Part shown: positions 61,068 through 64,000 of the stretch, piece by piece
How positions within the stretch are numbered: position 1 is the first letter of the stretch
Layout: each line of letters begins with the position of its first letter
Origin: a bacterium
GTDB lineage: Bacteria > UBA10199 > 2-02-FULL-50-16 > JAJFLM01
DNA: 64,000 bases
Assembly: GCA_965216315.1 (NCBI GenBank)
Contig: CBDCFN010000016.1
Coordinates: 1,856,001-1,920,000 of the forward strand
Direction: 5' to 3'
Program-made: the position numbers and the translations under genes
Notes under the pieces: generated by a model
Told to the model about the DNA's origin: nothing
The model's input: only the letters and a program-made list of their open reading frames with translations
The model's database searches: none

Positions 61068-62505
61068 GAGTCGTTTTCAGACGTTGCAGGAGCTTGTCGT
61101 GAATCCCTCCAAAACCCCCATTGGAAAGTATCGCTATCACGTCACCGGCACGTGCTTCCTGTGCGACGCAAGCCACAATATCGTCGATTTCAGCAATGGC
61201 TCGGGCCTCGGTACCCGCAGCTTGGATATCTTCAGCTACTTGCTCGACATCTAAGAGTCGCTCAGGCGGAATCTTGCCATTGTCATAGGCCGCGGCAATA
61301 ACCACCTGATCCGCACCACCTAAAGAGTCGGCAAATTCTTTTTGAAATATGTTCTGTCGACTTGTATTCGAACGTGGCTCAAAAACAGCCCATACGCGGC
61401 GTCCTGCATATTGCGCTTTTAAGGCGGCAAGCGTCTCACGAATGGCCGTCGGGTGATGAGCAAAATCATCGATAACCGTTACGTCACGAACCACGCCTCG
61501 AATCTCTTGGCGCCGCTTAATGCCTTCAAAGCCATTCAAACCTTTATTAATTTCATCTACCGTAACTCCAAGACGGGTAAGACACGCAAAGACAGCGATA
61601 AGGTTCAACGCATTATGTCTTCCGGGAAGCGGATTGATCAGCTCATGGTTTTTTTTCTGTGGATCCTGAAACAGAATTTTCGTCCCCGTTGTCACGGCCT
61701 CCGTAGAAAGCAGCTGATAATCAGCATCATCCGCTTCACCGAATAAAGTCACGGGGCACGCAGCATGACCTATGAGTTTGCGCACATTAGTACTATCCGC
61801 GCAGGCAAAGAGATGGCCCTCTCCAGGAATCAATTCAACAAAGGCTTTAAAAGCCGCCATGACGGCGTCTAAATCGGCATAAATATCTGCATGATCAAAT
61901 TCAACAGGATTCAGAATAGCGTAATAAGGACGGTAATGAAGAAACTTGGGCGTCTTATCAAAAAAAGCCGTGTCGTACTCGTCTCCTTCCGTTACAAAAA
62001 AACCACCTTTGCCAAGACCCCATGAACGACCGAAGTTTTGGAGTATCCCTCCGACGAGAAAACCCGGATCGCGCCCCGCAGCCGTAAGGAGCCAGGCTAA
62101 ATAAGCGGAGGTCGTCGTCTTTCCGTGAGTCCCGGCAACAACGATGGATTTGCTTTGCTTTAAAAAGAACTCCGCCAAAGCATCTGCCATGGAAACGCAG
62201 GGAACACCAAACTGCTCAACAGCTTCTACCTCGGGATGCCCTTTGGAAATAGCATTTCCGATAATCACCAAATCGGCATCTGGTGGCACATTATCGGCGC
62301 TATAGCCTTCGATCAGTTCGATACCCTGTTCACGCAGCTGATCGCTCATGGGAGGATAGGTGTGCGCATCAGAGCCTGAGACCTGGTACCCTGCACCCTT
62401 GAGCAGGCCCGCCAAGCTCCCCATGCCCATTCCACAAATCGCAATGCAATAGATCTTTTTTACTGAATCAATATCAACTGAGGTAATGTTGAAAGAGGGC
62501 ATCAT
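61057..62505 (-). CDS. mpl: UDP-MurNAc:L-Ala-gamma-D-Glu-mDAP ligase
   Basis: ICGMGMG, YPPMS, GTHGKTTT, EGDEYDTAFFDK, DDFAHHPT, FEPRSNT, SNGGFGGIH. Confidence 0.92.
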   Translation of the reverse strand: MMPSFNITSVDIDSVKKIYCIAICGMGMGSLAGLLKGAGYQVSGSDAHTYPPMSDQLREQGIELIEGYSADNVPPDADLVIIGNAISKGHPEVEAVEQFGVPCVSMADALAEFFLKQSKSIVVAGTHGKTTTSAYLAWLLTAAGRDPGFLVGGILQNFGRSWGLGKGGFFVTEGDEYDTAFFDKTPKFLHYRPYYAILNPVEFDHADIYADLDAVMAAFKAFVELIPGEGHLFACADSTNVRKLIGHAACPVTLFGEADDADYQLLSTEAVTTGTKILFQDPQKKNHELINPLPGRHNALNLIAVFACLTRLGVTVDEINKGLNGFEGIKRRQEIRGVVRDVTVIDDFAHHPTAIRETLAALKAQYAGRRVWAVFEPRSNTSRQNIFQKEFADSLGGADQVVIAAAYDNGKIPPERLLDVEQVAEDIQAAGTEARAIAEIDDIVACVAQEARAGDVIAILSNGGFGGIHDKLLQRLKTTHEA

Positions 62506-63508
62506 GAATTTTTGGTCGGAACTCCTTTATGGTCTCATTGGCACGATTCGGATGGATACGGTTAGTCAAGAGAATCGCGATGACCTCCCGATCCAGATCA
62601 ATCCACATCGAACAACCGGTAAAACCGAGATGACCAATCGCATTTGTCGGGAAAAACTGCCCGGCTTGAGACTGAGGCCGTGAAGGCCGATCCCATCCCA
62701 AGCATTCCGATCCCACAAAAGCCTTGATTGTCTCGGCCTTCAACCACGAGCTGTCACCACGCACCGCTCGCACGAATTCACGGGCGAACTTATGACAGTC
62801 CTCCAGGCTTGTAAAGACGCCAGCATGGCCGGCAACACCGCCTAATACATAGGCATTTTCGTCATGAACTTCTCCACAGAGAATACGCCGCCGCCAGGAA
62901 TTCTCCTCGGTCGGCGCGACATTTTCTTTAGAGTTATCCACAGGTCCATAGCGGGTCGCTCGCAGGCCGAGTGGCGTAGAGACCTCTGCTTTTAAGAGGC
63001 TAGCGAGATCACATGCACTTTTTGATTCAAGAATGGCACCTAAGATAATGAAATCTAAATCACTATAGATATATTTCTCTCCCAGTTTTCCTTCAGGCTC
63101 TAGTTGAGCTATCCAAGCTAAATACTGATCCCGACGTTCAACGAGGTTTTCTGTGGATAACTTTTCAGGATCAAACTGCTCAAAAAATGGGCGATACGCG
63201 GGCAAGCCACTCTTGTGCGCAAGCAATTGCCGAATGGTCGCCGTCGCATAAGGGCCCCCGCTAAATGCCTTCACTATCTCGGCAAGAGGCTGATCAAGCT
63301 CAAGCCGGCCTTGTTCATAGAGTCGCATGGCAATGGCCGTCGTCGGCAGGACCTTCGTCAGCGAGGCGATGTCATAAAGAGTCTCCACCGTGGCCGCTCC
63401 ATAAGCGGCTCGATGCAAAATCTCATCGCCTTTGGCAAAGAGCAAGGTAGCCGACGGGAATATCCCAGAGCTGATGCCTTCATTCATTAATTGATCGATT
63501 GGATTCAT
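62474..63508 (-). CDS. Serine hydrolase, beta-lactamase class C-like
   Basis: SxxK (ASLTK), YSD, GEVHDENA, GHAG, GHLGFTG, LLTNR. Confidence 0.88.
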   Translation of the reverse strand: MNPIDQLMNEGISSGIFPSATLLFAKGDEILHRAAYGAATVETLYDIASLTKVLPTTAIAMRLYEQGRLELDQPLAEIVKAFSGGPYATATIRQLLAHKSGLPAYRPFFEQFDPEKLSTENLVERRDQYLAWIAQLEPEGKLGEKYIYSDLDFIILGAILESKSACDLASLLKAEVSTPLGLRATRYGPVDNSKENVAPTEENSWRRRILCGEVHDENAYVLGGVAGHAGVFTSLEDCHKFAREFVRAVRGDSSWLKAETIKAFVGSECLGWDRPSRPQSQAGQFFPTNAIGHLGFTGCSMWIDLDREVIAILLTNRIHPNRANETIKEFRPKIHDALFQHYLS

Positions 63509-63514
63509 GATATG

Positions 63515-63596
63515 TCCCCCTCCCCTTACAAAGGGGAGGGTTAGGGTGGGGTCTTTAAAAGACCTCCCCTTAATCCCCTCCTTTGCAAGGAGGGGA
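63515..63596. repeat. Inverted pair of REP-like hairpins
   Basis: CCCTCCCCTT-ACA-AAGGGGAGGG and TCCCCTCCTT-TGC-AAGGAGGGGA separated by a GGTCTTT/AAAGACC hairpin. Confidence 0.75.
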
Positions 63597-63607
63597 AATG
63601 CAGTTTG

Positions 63608-64000
63608 TCATAACAGACTCAATTCACCCTTGCGTGTATCTAAACTCACGCGCTGCCCAATAGGTAAAGTAAATGGTTTGTTTAAATGACCAAACGGAAA
63701 ATTAAAGACAACAGGCCCTTTGAAACCCTTCAATATTTCCTTCAGCATTCCTTTCCACTCCTGCGGCAAACTCTTCTCTCGTGACAATTCAATACTTGAA
63801 ACCAGCATACCCCGTACTCCAGTCAAGAGTCCGCTCTGTTTAAGGTGGAGGAGGAGACGTTCAAAACGATAGAGCGACTCGTTGATATCTTCGAGCAACA
63901 AGATACTGTTACGCGTCTTCATTTCATAACGCGTGCCCACGCTCATACTGATTAATGACAGGCATCCACCAACAAGGGTTCCAGTTGCCTTGCCGCTCTT
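63608..64000 (-). CDS. LD-carboxypeptidase (S66 family), C-terminal part; runs off the window
   Basis: In-frame GTLVGGCLSL, ILLLEDINE, FPFGH, TLPIG; adjacent to the mpl operon. Confidence 0.85.
   Translation of the reverse strand, partial: KSGKATGTLVGGCLSLISMSVGTRYEMKTRNSILLLEDINESLYRFERLLLHLKQSGLLTGVRGMLVSSIELSREKSLPQEWKGMLKEILKGFKGPVVFNFPFGHLNKPFTLPIGQRVSLDTRKGELSLL

Overview
Gene-dense chromosomal window from a Gram-negative bacterium. The gene content (DUF507, PilZ, sigma54 promoters, duplicated lgt, hopanoid genes) suggests a deltaproteobacteria-like lineage, which is inference only. Housekeeping genes include a polyprenyl synthase, glpK, hpnG-like/hpnH, gap-pgk-tpiA-secG, CIRCE-groES-groEL, queG, an RluA-family synthase, gdhA, nth, lgt-lipoprotein-ileS-lspA-lgt-CPBP protease, tamB/tamA-like, mpl, a serine hydrolase and an LD-carboxypeptidase. 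There is a near-complete clustered ethylmalonyl-CoA pathway (epi, CitE-like lyase, mcd, mch, ecm, ccr, with hbd, mcm and malic enzyme nearby), a FIST-PAS-HK-RR signalling operon and two tRNAs. No transposase, integrase, prophage or CRISPR array was seen. The most notable signals are: (1) a recurrent promoter-like motif RCAACTW-N14/15-CGAWR before seven genes, mostly orphans, several with Ser/Thr/Ala-rich N-termini or signal-less beta-barrel-like C-termini, a candidate lineage-specific alternative-sigma regulon; (2) a ~65-nt CA-rich sRNA candidate with its own sigma54 promoter, IHF site, enhancer palindrome and terminator; (3) a tRNA-Leu with the rare AAG anticodon; (4) a circularly permuted ATP-grasp/M14 deacylase pair; (5) tRNA-linked and interspersed structured repeats, including a 52-bp tRNA-Ala 3' duplication enclosing only 199 bp; (6) frequent leaderless-type promoters. 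All family assignments come from motif recognition by eye, not database searches.
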